From contig CAYTMJ010000006.1 in the NCBI GenBank assembly GCA_964438895.1, positions 12,100-76,099 on the forward strand: a stretch of DNA of 64,000 nucleotides, written 5' to 3'. The translations under genes were made by a program, and so were the position numbers. The notes beneath the pieces were generated by a model that searched no databases, was not told the DNA's origin, and worked only from the letters and a program-made list of their open reading frames with translations. The stretch comes from an uncultured Syntrophobacterales bacterium. Lineage in GTDB: Bacteria > Desulfobacterota > Binatia > UBA9968 > JAJDTQ01. Positions 38,925 to 48,002 of the stretch are shown here, piece after piece (the first letter of the stretch is position 1; every line of letters begins with the position of its first letter).

Positions 38925-39200
38925 ATGATTACCCAACACGTCGGGGAAGCGGCCCTCCCGGACCTTGAGGCGTGGGCCAACGATATTATTCAGTCCGAGG
39001 ACAATACGGTCAAGGCGGTAGAGTCCTATCACGACGCAGATTCAAATACGTACGTAATCCGCCTGACCCGATACGCCCGCGTGTTGCTCTTCCGCCTGTC
39101 CGAAGCCCAAGTTCACAACCCTGCACGGAACTCCGAATGTGAAAAGACCCTACGAAACCGAGTGAAGGAAGTGCGTCATCTGTTGGGAACGGTCGGATAA
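38925..39200 (+). CDS. Hypothetical small protein (91 aa); uncertain gene
   Basis: ATG at 38925 within a long ORF that overlaps the PAC2 3' end out of frame. No motif identified. Confidence 0.2.
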   Translation: MITQHVGEAALPDLEAWANDIIQSEDNTVKAVESYHDADSNTYVIRLTRYARVLLFRLSEAQVHNPARNSECEKTLRNRVKEVRHLLGTVG

Positions 39201-39228
39201 CTCGCCCCGATCCCGCGTGGACGCGGTG

Positions 39229-40197
39229 CTACAAACCAGCCGCCATCTCTTTAGCGAAATATGTGAGGATCAGGTCGGCGCCAGCCCGCTTGATAGAAAG
39301 TAGCACTTCCGGAACCACAACACTCTCCTCGATCCATCCGTTTTGGGCGGCTGCTTTGATCATCGCATATTCGCCGCTCACGTTGTACGCGGCAGTGGGG
39401 TAACCGAAGCGCCGCTTCACACGGGAGATGACGTCCAGATAGGAAAGCGCCGGCTTCACCATCACAATGTCGGCGCCCTCTGCTATATCTGCCTCCACCT
39501 CCCGCAACGCCTCTTCGCTGTTCCCTGGGTCCATCTGATACGAGCGGCGATCGCCAAATTGTGGCATCGAGCCTGCAGCATCGCGAAACGGTCCGTAGAA
39601 ACCCGAAGAGTACTTGGCGGCATAGGACATAACAACCACGTTTTCGAACCCATCGCCGTCTAAGGCCTCGCGAATCGCGCCAACCCGCCCATCCATCATA
39701 TCGGAAGGGGCTACGACATCTGACCCGGCCCGGGCATGGGACAATGCCGCTTCGGCCAGCAGCTTCAAGGAAGCGTCGTTGTCCACCTCGCCCTGCTTGA
39801 CAACACCGCAGTGGCCGTGGTCGGTGTACTCACACAGACAGACGTCCGTGATTACGAGCAACTCTGGAGTCTTGCCTTTTATAACCCGAACGGCCTCTTG
39901 AATCACACCATCTCCCGCGTAGGCTTCCGAGCCCACGGCGTCCTTCGTTTTAGGGATTCCGAACAAAATTATACCTGGGATCCCGAGTCGCCAAACCGCC
40001 TCAGCTTCCTGGGCGGCGCGGTCCACCGAAAGCTGGGAAACGCCAGGCATGGATGCTACGGGCTGAACAAGGTCATGACCCGGCCCAACGAACAACGGAT
40101 AGATGAGGTCCTTTGGGCTCAACGCAGTCTCGCGGACGAGGTCGCGCAACGGACCGGTTCGTCGAAGTCTTCGCGGTCGACTGACGGGAAATGCCAT
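39229..40197 (-). CDS. hemB: Porphobilinogen synthase (delta-aminolevulinate dehydratase)
   Basis: RPRRLRR...LIYPLFV... N-terminus, active-site lysines, AGGAGG Shine-Dalgarno. Confidence 0.9.
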   Translation of the reverse strand: MAFPVSRPRRLRRTGPLRDLVRETALSPKDLIYPLFVGPGHDLVQPVASMPGVSQLSVDRAAQEAEAVWRLGIPGIILFGIPKTKDAVGSEAYAGDGVIQEAVRVIKGKTPELLVITDVCLCEYTDHGHCGVVKQGEVDNDASLKLLAEAALSHARAGSDVVAPSDMMDGRVGAIREALDGDGFENVVVMSYAAKYSSGFYGPFRDAAGSMPQFGDRRSYQMDPGNSEEALREVEADIAEGADIVMVKPALSYLDVISRVKRRFGYPTAAYNVSGEYAMIKAAAQNGWIEESVVVPEVLLSIKRAGADLILTYFAKEMAAGL

Positions 40198-40356
40198 TAG
40201 CGCCTCCTAGTGTTGAACCTCACAGGCAGGTTTACAAAAATGCGCGGGTTTTTGTTCCGCCCATCGATCTCCGGGCACAAGCAGTAGAGGACATTACGCG
40301 GGGTAGAGTAACAACATTGACTCGTAACTTTGTTGCGCTCTTCCCGGAACACAACG

Positions 40357-41184
40357 CTAGCCTCCTTGTGCGCCGAGTTCTAACAAAGGGAAGTCTAAGA
40401 GAGATTGGACCAGTCCCGCCACGGTGTATTCACGCGCCAACGCATCCACTTTTAAACCCCGCTCGCACGCGGCTTTCATGGTTATAGGCCCGATGCATGC
40501 CACATGGAACTCTAGAGCCGATCGTTCTACTCCGGCATCCTCGATCAAACTCGTGAAAGCGTTGACCGTACTCGGACTCGTGAACGTCACCCAGTCCACC
40601 CGCTTCAGAGTTTGCACAAGCCGTTGGGCACCGCCGCGCACAGGCTCATTACGGTAGGTTTCTACCACCGTGACGACTCCACCCCACCGGCGAAGCGTCT
40701 CGGGTAGCACGTCGCGAGCCCCCGCCACGCGGGGGAGCAGAAAACGGCGCCTTTGAACCTGATCCGGACCCAACGCTGCCAGAATGCCTTCCGCACGATA
40801 CTCCTCTGGCACCACACTCACCGATAGTCCGTGGTCCTGGAGCACACGAGCAGTCTGTGGACCGATGGCAGCGATGCGCAGGCCCCGTAGGGCCTTGATT
40901 CCATCCAGCGCCTCGCAACGCGCCAGAAAGTGCCGGACTCCGTTAGCGCTAGTGAACACCAACCAATCCTGTCTCAGCAGGCCCCGTATGGCCTTATCCA
41001 GAGCAGTGGTATCCCGAAGCGGAAGGATCTCTACGGTAGGAAACACCACGGCCCGGGCACCGAGCGCTTCGACGGTACGTACGAAGACGGCCGCCTGCTC
41101 GCGGGGACGCGTAATTAGAATCCGTTGCCCAAGCAGCGAAGTGCTGCTACGTGTCTCCGGTTTTGACATCGTCGGATCGCTCAC
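40357..41184 (-). CDS. hemD: Uroporphyrinogen-III synthase
   Basis: HemD-fold pattern (ILITRP...FTS.NGV...). GTG start overlapping the hemC stop. Start could be the ATG at 41169. Confidence 0.75.
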   Translation of the reverse strand: MSDPTMSKPETRSSTSLLGQRILITRPREQAAVFVRTVEALGARAVVFPTVEILPLRDTTALDKAIRGLLRQDWLVFTSANGVRHFLARCEALDGIKALRGLRIAAIGPQTARVLQDHGLSVSVVPEEYRAEGILAALGPDQVQRRRFLLPRVAGARDVLPETLRRWGGVVTVVETYRNEPVRGGAQRLVQTLKRVDWVTFTSPSTVNAFTSLIEDAGVERSALEFHVACIGPITMKAACERGLKVDALAREYTVAGLVQSLLDFPLLELGAQGG

Positions 41185-42092
41185 GGCCGAGCCAACCTCA
41201 GCACAGCAGCGGCCCCTTCGTCCAGCAGCCGTTCGGCGAGCTCAACACCCAGGGAAGCCGCGTCCGTGCACGCGCCCGAAATTTCCCCCCTAAAGAGCTT
41301 CCTGCCAGAAACCTCTGCTACCAATCCTGCGAGCGCAACGCCGTCCGGACCCACCACCGCGCGGCCTCCCACAGGCACCTGACACCCCCCTTCCAGGCGT
41401 TGCAGGAAAGCCCGTTCAGCCTCCACCTCCAACGCTGACTGCTCGTGGTTCAAGAAACCAAACTGTTCCGCCTCGTGTCGCCGCGTTTCCAGGCCTAAGG
41501 CCCCCTGCCCGACGGCGTTGAGGCAGGTCTCAGGTGGTAGCGGCTGGGTAGCTTCGTGTTCCCGCCCTAGACGCTTCAAGCCCGCTAGCGCCAGTACCAG
41601 CGCCCCCACCTCACCGCGTTGAAGTTTAATCAGCCGTGTATCAACGTTTCCCCGAATGGGCACTACCGCCAGATCTGGACGTTGGTTCAGAATTTGGGCC
41701 CGCCGCCTCAGACTACCAGTACCAACCCGAAACCCCTCCGGAAGCTCCGCAAGACTCGCGGCAACACGACACACCATCACGTCCCTCGGGTCTTCACGTT
41801 CCGGCACTGCAGCGATGGTCAGACCCTCGGGAATCTCTGTCGGCAGGTCTTTCATAGAGTGTACGGCAACATCAATTTCACGGCTTAGCAGCGCCTCCTC
41901 AATCTCCTTGATGAATACTCCCTTGGCACCGATCTTCTCTATGGGAAGGTGCTGTAAGCGGTCGCCGCTGGTCCTAATCGCCAACACCTCTACAATGGCC
42001 TGGGGGTGACGCGCCCGGATCTGCCCCTGGACCCATTCGGCTTGAGCCAAGGCCAACGGACTCCGCCGCGTGCCGATGCGAATCCTATCCAT
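41181..42092 (-). CDS. hemC: Hydroxymethylbilane synthase (porphobilinogen deaminase)
   Basis: MDRIRIGTRRSPLALAQA... is the canonical HemC N-terminus. Cofactor-binding cysteine region is present. Confidence 0.9.
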   Translation of the reverse strand: MDRIRIGTRRSPLALAQAEWVQGQIRARHPQAIVEVLAIRTSGDRLQHLPIEKIGAKGVFIKEIEEALLSREIDVAVHSMKDLPTEIPEGLTIAAVPEREDPRDVMVCRVAASLAELPEGFRVGTGSLRRRAQILNQRPDLAVVPIRGNVDTRLIKLQRGEVGALVLALAGLKRLGREHEATQPLPPETCLNAVGQGALGLETRRHEAEQFGFLNHEQSALEVEAERAFLQRLEGGCQVPVGGRAVVGPDGVALAGLVAEVSGRKLFRGEISGACTDAASLGVELAERLLDEGAAAVLRLARP

Positions 42093-42094
42093 GC

Positions 42095-43393
42095 TTAGAG
42101 ATCATCCCGATCCGGCTCCTTGTCCAGTTCGAACAACGCCCGAACCGTGTCATGGTAAGCACCATCTTCGGCCGGTCCATCCTTGAGACGCATTAGGGGG
42201 CCATGAAGTATCTTCTTGATTATAGCGGCGGTTAAGTTCTCAACGGCGTTACGCTCGCGCTCGGATATATGTTTCAGGTTGGATTCGAGCGACTTTGTGA
42301 GTTCTCCCTGCCGAATCTCCTCACACTTTCGCTTGAGTGCGACAATAGTTGGCACCTGATCCAGGGCGGTGAACCACTGGTAGAAGGTCTCCACCTCTTC
42401 GTCGACGATCAACTCTCCCTTATCAGCCTCACTTTCCCGCCCTTTTAGATTCTCCTGGGCCAAACCTGCGAGATCATCGATGTGGTAGAGGTACACATTG
42501 TCCAGGTCATTAATGAGGGGGTCGAAGTTCCTGGGCACGCCCAGATCAATTAAAAACATATTATCCTGTTTTCGCTCCCGCAGCACCTCAATAGCCGTCT
42601 CTCGCGTGATGAGGGCCTGTCCCGATTCCACCGAGCCAATAACCACATCGGCCAGTTTTAGGTATCGAGAATAGTCCTCAAAACGAATAGGGCTCGCCTC
42701 GAAACGGGCTGCCAGATCGACTGCCTTCTCGAAAGTCCGGTTGGTGATCATCAGACCCCGCACTCCGTTTTCCACCAAGTGGCGTATAAGCGACTCCCCT
42801 ATAACACCTGAACCGATTACCATCACGGTCTTTTCCGCGAGCCTATCGAAAATCCGTTTGGCCAGATCCACCGCTATGGAGGCTACCGAAACAGGCCGGT
42901 TGGCTATGGCTGTGTCCTGCCTAACCCGTTTCGCCACGGAGAAAGAACGGTGGAAGAGACGGTGAAGAATACTACCGACGGTGCCAGCCTGCTGCGCAAT
43001 GGAGTAGTATTCCTTCAATTGCCCTAAAATCTGAGGTTCTCCCACCACCATAGAGTCCAAACTCGACGCGACTCGGAAGACATGGCGCACGGCACTCCTG
43101 CGGGTGTGACAGAAAAGCTGATCTTCAGTGGGATCAACACGAACACCGGGCTGACTCCGAAGAAAGTCCCCGATCTCAATACATCCATCGTTCCCGTTTC
43201 GTGCCACCGCCACCACCTCCACCCGGTTGCATGTGGACAAGATTACGCCTTCGCCCACCGAGGGCAGTGCCAAAAGTTCCTGCAACGAGTCGTCCAAGTG
43301 TTTTGGCGAGAACGCAAGCTGCTCCCGCACCTCCACAGGCGCAGTCCGGTGGTCCAGGCCAACCACCAGTATCTGTCGTCCCGCCTCACTCAA
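42095..43393 (-). CDS. hemA: Glutamyl-tRNA reductase
   Basis: ILVVGLDHRTAPVEVRE, the catalytic Cys in GEGVILSTCNRVE and the NADPH Rossmann motif VMVIGSGVIGE. TTG start. Confidence 0.9.
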   Translation of the reverse strand: MSEAGRQILVVGLDHRTAPVEVREQLAFSPKHLDDSLQELLALPSVGEGVILSTCNRVEVVAVARNGNDGCIEIGDFLRSQPGVRVDPTEDQLFCHTRRSAVRHVFRVASSLDSMVVGEPQILGQLKEYYSIAQQAGTVGSILHRLFHRSFSVAKRVRQDTAIANRPVSVASIAVDLAKRIFDRLAEKTVMVIGSGVIGESLIRHLVENGVRGLMITNRTFEKAVDLAARFEASPIRFEDYSRYLKLADVVIGSVESGQALITRETAIEVLRERKQDNMFLIDLGVPRNFDPLINDLDNVYLYHIDDLAGLAQENLKGRESEADKGELIVDEEVETFYQWFTALDQVPTIVALKRKCEEIRQGELTKSLESNLKHISERERNAVENLTAAIIKKILHGPLMRLKDGPAEDGAYHDTVRALFELDKEPDRDDL

Positions 43394-44207
43394 AACGACC
43401 GCCGTGACGACTCAGGAACACAATGTCTCCCCAAAGAAAGTAGCCGAGAACAATCATGAACCCAGCGATGGTCCAAACAGCCGCCTTCCTGCCGCGCCAA
43501 CCTGCAGTCAAACGCCCATGAAGAAGAATGCCGTACAGCAGCCAGGTCAGAGCAGAGGTGATCTGGCGTGGATCCCAGGACCAATACGTGCCCCACTGCG
43601 CATGTGCCCACACGCTGCCCGTGAGAATTCCCAGCGTCATAAATGGGAAGCCCCAAACCAGAAAAATCTTGTTGAGGCGATCCAGCGTTTCAAGGGCCGG
43701 AACAGTCCGGGTCAAACCTGTCATCCGCTTGCTCTTGAGCTGGCGCTGGAGCAGCAGATAGACAACGCTCACAGCGGACGCCAAAGCAAAGACCGCATTA
43801 CCCAACAACGCCAGGATCACGTGCAGCGGCAACCAATAGGTCAATAGCGCAGGTGGCGTTTCCAGGGCTAGGTTCCCCAGCGCGATGGACTGTAGGGACA
43901 TGAGGAAGGCCAGCGGCGCGACAAATCCACCCAGAATGGGCAGTCTATACTTGAGCTGCACCGTAAGGTACACGCCCATCATCAACCAGCCATAGAAGGA
44001 GAGTGTGGCCGGCATCTGGGCGAGTGCGGGAAAGCCGGCGTCGTAGAAAAGAAAGGTAAATTTTATCGCATGGCCGATGAATCCGGCCAGCAGCAATCCC
44101 TGACCCACACGAGAGAAGGTTTCCCGCGGAGAAATTAAATACAGGATAAACGCGCCGGTCGCCAGGAGATAGAAACCGGCTGTGGCCTGAAGAAGGTTCT
44201 GGTACAT
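43386..44207 (-). CDS. hemX: CcsA-family cytochrome c assembly protein (HemX-like)
   Basis: Polytopic product with the Trp-rich WGxxWSWDP motif. It occupies the hemX position of a hemAXCDB-type cluster. Confidence 0.7.
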   Translation of the reverse strand: MYQNLLQATAGFYLLATGAFILYLISPRETFSRVGQGLLLAGFIGHAIKFTFLFYDAGFPALAQMPATLSFYGWLMMGVYLTVQLKYRLPILGGFVAPLAFLMSLQSIALGNLALETPPALLTYWLPLHVILALLGNAVFALASAVSVVYLLLQRQLKSKRMTGLTRTVPALETLDRLNKIFLVWGFPFMTLGILTGSVWAHAQWGTYWSWDPRQITSALTWLLYGILLHGRLTAGWRGRKAAVWTIAGFMIVLGYFLWGDIVFLSRHGGRFE

Positions 44208-44317
44208 AGCCTCCAGCCATTATATCGCATCACCGCGGGAACCCCTAGTATCGGATTGCCAAAACGAAAATGGCTGTTTCTAGAGACAGGCGCGTCGGGA
44301 CGATTCCCGGAACCGTG

Positions 44318-45934
44318 TCAGGACTGTCGGCGCGGAATTGCGAGACGCTGCCCGGTGCGGATTTGGTGCCGGTTGCGGATGTCATTTGCGCGTTGCAGGC
44401 TAGGAAGCGAAACCCGGTAGCGACCAGCAATTGCTGAAAGCGTTTCCCCTCGGCGCACGCGGTGGTAGACCTGGGAATTCTGTACAGTCCGTTTCAAGGA
44501 CCGACTTGAGGAAGACTTCACCGGAATTACGAGCTGCTGACCCACTTGCAAACTTCTGGCGCTCGCTAGACGGTTCACCGCCTGGATCTCATGCGCCGAG
44601 GTACTGTAGATTCTAGCAATGTCCCAAAGCGTGTCGCCTCGACTAACCACATGGCGCGACCCGTCGTTATGTCCCGCAACCCCGACGGATTGTGACGTGA
44701 CCGATAGCTTGCCGGGAATGTCCAGTCGCTGACCCACTCGCAAGTAATGAATACTCCTCAGTCCATTAAACGCCTGGATCTCATGCGCCGAACTGCCGTA
44801 GAGCCTGGCGAGCCCAGAGAGCGTGTCGCCTCGACTAACCACGTGGCGCGGAAACGACCGCATCGGACTGATTCCCGCCAACGCCTTACGAAATCCCTCG
44901 ATTTTCCCCTTCGGCGCCTTTAACCGATACCCTGCAGGCATCCACGAGGCATGGCGACTCAACGCTGGATTCCACTCAAGGAACTGATTTCGGGACACGT
45001 GACTGTGACGAAGTAGCGAGGATACCCCAACACGCTTGTTGAGGCGAAGCTCTTCACGCTTTACCGGTTGATCGAACTGGACTCCAGGTAAATACCCTTC
45101 GACGTCACGCATAATGTGTACAGCCGCAATAAACTCCGCGTAAAAGTTCTTAGAGGCAAACTTAAAAGTGCGGCTGCGATAACGACGTATGATGGTAGCG
45201 ATGTCCCGCGTTCCTACCCTTCGCACCGCCCTCCCCATGCCTGCAGCCCCGTGGTTATATGCGGTGACCGCCAACGGCCAGGTCCGAAGCTTCCGGTAGT
45301 TACTCTGAAGCAGACGGGCCGCCGCCCGAGTCGCTTCCATCGGGTCCTTACGTTCGTCCACTAACCGCGTTACGCGCATGTAGATGCGGCCTGTACTCGG
45401 CATGAATTGCCACATTCCCACAGCGCCGCGAAACGAGCGTGCATCATTCCGGAATGAGGATTCCACCAGCGGCAAATAGACCAACTCCACTGGGAGCCCT
45501 TTCTTGGTAAAGGTCCTGCGCATTTCTTCAACATACCGTCCGGACCGCCGCACGCCTGCAGCAAATCGTTCACTGATTCCTCGTTGAACCTTGATCCGGT
45601 GCGACGGAATGCCATTTCTGTTGAGGCGCGCACGCACCGAACGAGCCACCTGCCGCACGCTAGAGCCCTTTTCGATGTCAACCACCCGGTGGATTTTTGA
45701 CATGTCACCGGGATCAAAAAACACAAGCTGATTTGAGTTATAGTCGAGAAAAATACCCTTCCAGAACTCGACAGCAGCCTCGAGGCCTGGAGGAATAGAG
45801 AACGGGTCCGCTTTCGTGGGAACGGTGCCGCGCGCCTGCGCGTCCGGAGTGTATAAAAAACCGCCGAAAAAGAAGAAGAGGAGACTCGCTAGGCCTAAGA
45901 AGTAGCGTGTCGTACAGAACCCCTTTAAAAGCAT
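44318..45934 (-). CDS. Lytic transglycosylase (MltD-like SLT domain) with three C-terminal LysM repeats
   Basis: Signal peptide from the M at 45934, SLT catalytic region (...ESSF...AVGMWQFMPSTG...AYNHGAAG) and three repeats of HVVSRGDTL..IA..Y....EI...N (LysM). Confidence 0.8.
   Translation of the reverse strand: MLLKGFCTTRYFLGLASLLFFFFGGFLYTPDAQARGTVPTKADPFSIPPGLEAAVEFWKGIFLDYNSNQLVFFDPGDMSKIHRVVDIEKGSSVRQVARSVRARLNRNGIPSHRIKVQRGISERFAAGVRRSGRYVEEMRRTFTKKGLPVELVYLPLVESSFRNDARSFRGAVGMWQFMPSTGRIYMRVTRLVDERKDPMEATRAAARLLQSNYRKLRTWPLAVTAYNHGAAGMGRAVRRVGTRDIATIIRRYRSRTFKFASKNFYAEFIAAVHIMRDVEGYLPGVQFDQPVKREELRLNKRVGVSSLLRHSHVSRNQFLEWNPALSRHASWMPAGYRLKAPKGKIEGFRKALAGISPMRSFPRHVVSRGDTLSGLARLYGSSAHEIQAFNGLRSIHYLRVGQRLDIPGKLSVTSQSVGVAGHNDGSRHVVSRGDTLWDIARIYSTSAHEIQAVNRLASARSLQVGQQLVIPVKSSSSRSLKRTVQNSQVYHRVRRGETLSAIAGRYRVSLPSLQRANDIRNRHQIRTGQRLAIPRRQS
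44561..44860. repeat. Intragenic direct repeat encoding the tandem LysM domains (period about 200 nt)
   Basis: gcctggatctcatgcgccga and gtgtcgcctcgactaaccacRtggcgcg recur at ~44570/44771 and ~44621/44822. Confidence 0.7.
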
Positions 45935-46325
45935 AGGTTTAGCGTACCCCTCGTACGCCTCCTTGTCAACTTTAGCGGTATTAGGCCAAGAATCCCGACG
46001 ATAGTTGCTCGCCACAAAACATTGAGCATTGCCCTGGGAGACGCGAACCGCATTCCCCCCGAAATGCTGTAAGTACACCGTCGACACGGTCATCGTCGGG
46101 TGAGAATCGTCAATTGGGACTTTCGGCAAAGATTCTGGGGAATCCTAGGCCTGCGTTCTCAAACACTATCTAGGGGTGTGCCAGGTCACTACCAGCGTAT
46201 TTCATCCGGGTCGCTTCAGCACGTAGCTGATGGCACCGGAGAGCCCGCTCGCGTACTATACTATACAACGCTTCGCGGAGACTGGGGTGGAACACACCAC
46301 CCCACCTCCAGGCAAAATGTGTGGG

Positions 46326-46955
46326 CTATTCGAACTCGAAAGGTATCTGGGTCGGTCCGTATCCCTGCCAGTACTTGCTGGTCTCCGGGTCATATCTACC
46401 CTGCAGGAAGCCGCCCGGTTTCTCGGCGCGGACAATGATCGCGACAGTGCGTTGCTCGCCGCTTTCCTCGGCATGAATCTGCCAAGGGCGAACGAGATCA
46501 ATCTTGCCCGGACCTACCTGAGCATTCTCGGTCTTCCGAACTTCCGCGTACTCCGGCCTGGAACCATCGTCCAGCCGTTCGTAACGTTCGATAGTCTCGC
46601 TCCCATCCAATACCCCATACAGAGTCCAGTTATGCGCGTGGTCATGGATACTGGTTCGAGTGCCCGGCGCTTTGACTAGTCCGTTGACGACAAACCCATG
46701 GTCCGGATCCTCGTAAAGGAGCAGGTTCTGGGCCCGTTGACCGCCTTCAGACAGCCCGCCCTGGTCACACGAAGGCCATTTCTCAGACTGTGATTTCACG
46801 CTAGGCTCTGCGAGCAATTCGCCCAGAAGGGACCCCATCTTCTGCCAGCGCTTGTCGACGTCCGGTTCGTCTATGTGGAGTTGTCGAAGAGCCGCGATGA
46901 ACCGCTTCGTGGCCGAAGGCTCGGCTTCCTGGATCGGCATGGGACGTGCGCTCAT
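46326..46955 (-). CDS. Cupin-fold thiol/cysteine dioxygenase-like protein
   Basis: 209 aa with the cupin His motif SIHDHAH. Assigned to the CDO/ADO type by motif only. Confidence 0.45.
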   Translation of the reverse strand: MSARPMPIQEAEPSATKRFIAALRQLHIDEPDVDKRWQKMGSLLGELLAEPSVKSQSEKWPSCDQGGLSEGGQRAQNLLLYEDPDHGFVVNGLVKAPGTRTSIHDHAHNWTLYGVLDGSETIERYERLDDGSRPEYAEVRKTENAQVGPGKIDLVRPWQIHAEESGEQRTVAIIVRAEKPGGFLQGRYDPETSKYWQGYGPTQIPFEFE

Positions 46956-47037
46956 GGTATCTCCTCCTTATTCCTGGATATACGGATCAAGCAAGCGATA
47001 AGTTAAGTCGGAAGGTACCCGAGGACCAAACACCCTG

Positions 47038-47403
47038 TCAACCTAATCCAGGGCCGGTAACCAACTGGACCCGACCCGTGTCGCGCAACTTGTCAAATCG
47101 GTCCCGGGCCACCTTGAAGTAGTGCGGATAGGCCGAGCTTTTAAGAATATAATCTCCGCCTTCCGAAGGAGCTACAACTGTGTGTGTCACAGGCGGTCCC
47201 TTCTTCATCTCAATAGTGTACTCGAGTACCCGCTCTCCGGCATCGAAGAGCTTCTTGCCGTTCTCGAAAAGTATGTCAATGAAACCTACCTCCGACACAC
47301 CCCCCACGAGCTTTCTGACGCCTTCCTCATCCGTCCGTTCGCCCCCCTGTAACCCCTCGACCTTAAACCCGCCGTCGTCTGCCGTCAGAGCATAAGCCTC
47401 CAA
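47038..47403 (-). CDS. Hypothetical protein (121 aa)
   Basis: TTG start 18 nt downstream of the preceding gene's stop, with no Shine-Dalgarno. The call rests on operon context and ORF length alone. Confidence 0.3.
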   Translation of the reverse strand: MEAYALTADDGGFKVEGLQGGERTDEEGVRKLVGGVSEVGFIDILFENGKKLFDAGERVLEYTIEMKKGPPVTHTVVAPSEGGDYILKSSAYPHYFKVARDRFDKLRDTGRVQLVTGPGLG

Positions 47404-47421
47404 GTCGATACGGGCAATGTC

Positions 47422-47976
47422 TTACGCCACCACCCTAAGAACCCCTCGGTCGTACCACGAGGCGGCATCCACAGGGGCATCAAAGGCGTTAAATTCGATG
47501 GAGTAGGTGTGCTTACTACCACCAACCCGTGCGTGGACCTTGCGGAATCCAGGCGATGAGCCAAGAAAGACATCGCCCAGGACCTTCGAGCCTTGGAGGA
47601 ACTGGACTCTTCTCTCGAAACGGTCCGGGATGACCTTGAACTGCCTGGCGGCGACCATCGTCGTCCCTACTGGCCAGGATCGTCTAGCGTTGAGCAGCTT
47701 ATCCGTAAATTTCTCGAACTTGTCCCGCAACACCGGGAAATCCGCCTTGTCAGGCAACACCCAGGCACCATCTTTACGGACAAACTTCAGTACCTTGTTC
47801 TGCTGCTCGATGACCACGGCATCCATGTAACTGGGATCTACGGCAAACAACGAAGCATTCGCTTCGAACGGATCTGAAGCGTCCCCCCGGAGTTGAACCC
47901 ACGCCACCAGACCTACCTGAAGCACCAACAACAGCAGCAATAACTTGATCGATCGACTCACTCCGAAACCCCTCAC
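47422..47976 (-). CDS. Secreted or anchored DUF4340-like protein associated with the GldG-type ABC system
   Basis: N-terminal signal/anchor (LLLLLVLQVGLVAW). It lies immediately downstream of the GldG-like gene, as is usual for DUF4340. Confidence 0.4.
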   Translation of the reverse strand: MRGFGVSRSIKLLLLLLVLQVGLVAWVQLRGDASDPFEANASLFAVDPSYMDAVVIEQQNKVLKFVRKDGAWVLPDKADFPVLRDKFEKFTDKLLNARRSWPVGTTMVAARQFKVIPDRFERRVQFLQGSKVLGDVFLGSSPGFRKVHARVGGSKHTYSIEFNAFDAPVDAASWYDRGVLRVVA

Positions 47977-48002
47977 TCTGCATCCTTCGACGAAAGAAGC
48001 CG

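Noticed and set aside
40198-40356. ACAAAAA-N8-TTTTTGT inverted repeat between hemD and hemB
   Set aside because: The stem is AT-only with an 8-nt loop, so it is not a credible intrinsic terminator. It may simply be spacer sequence.
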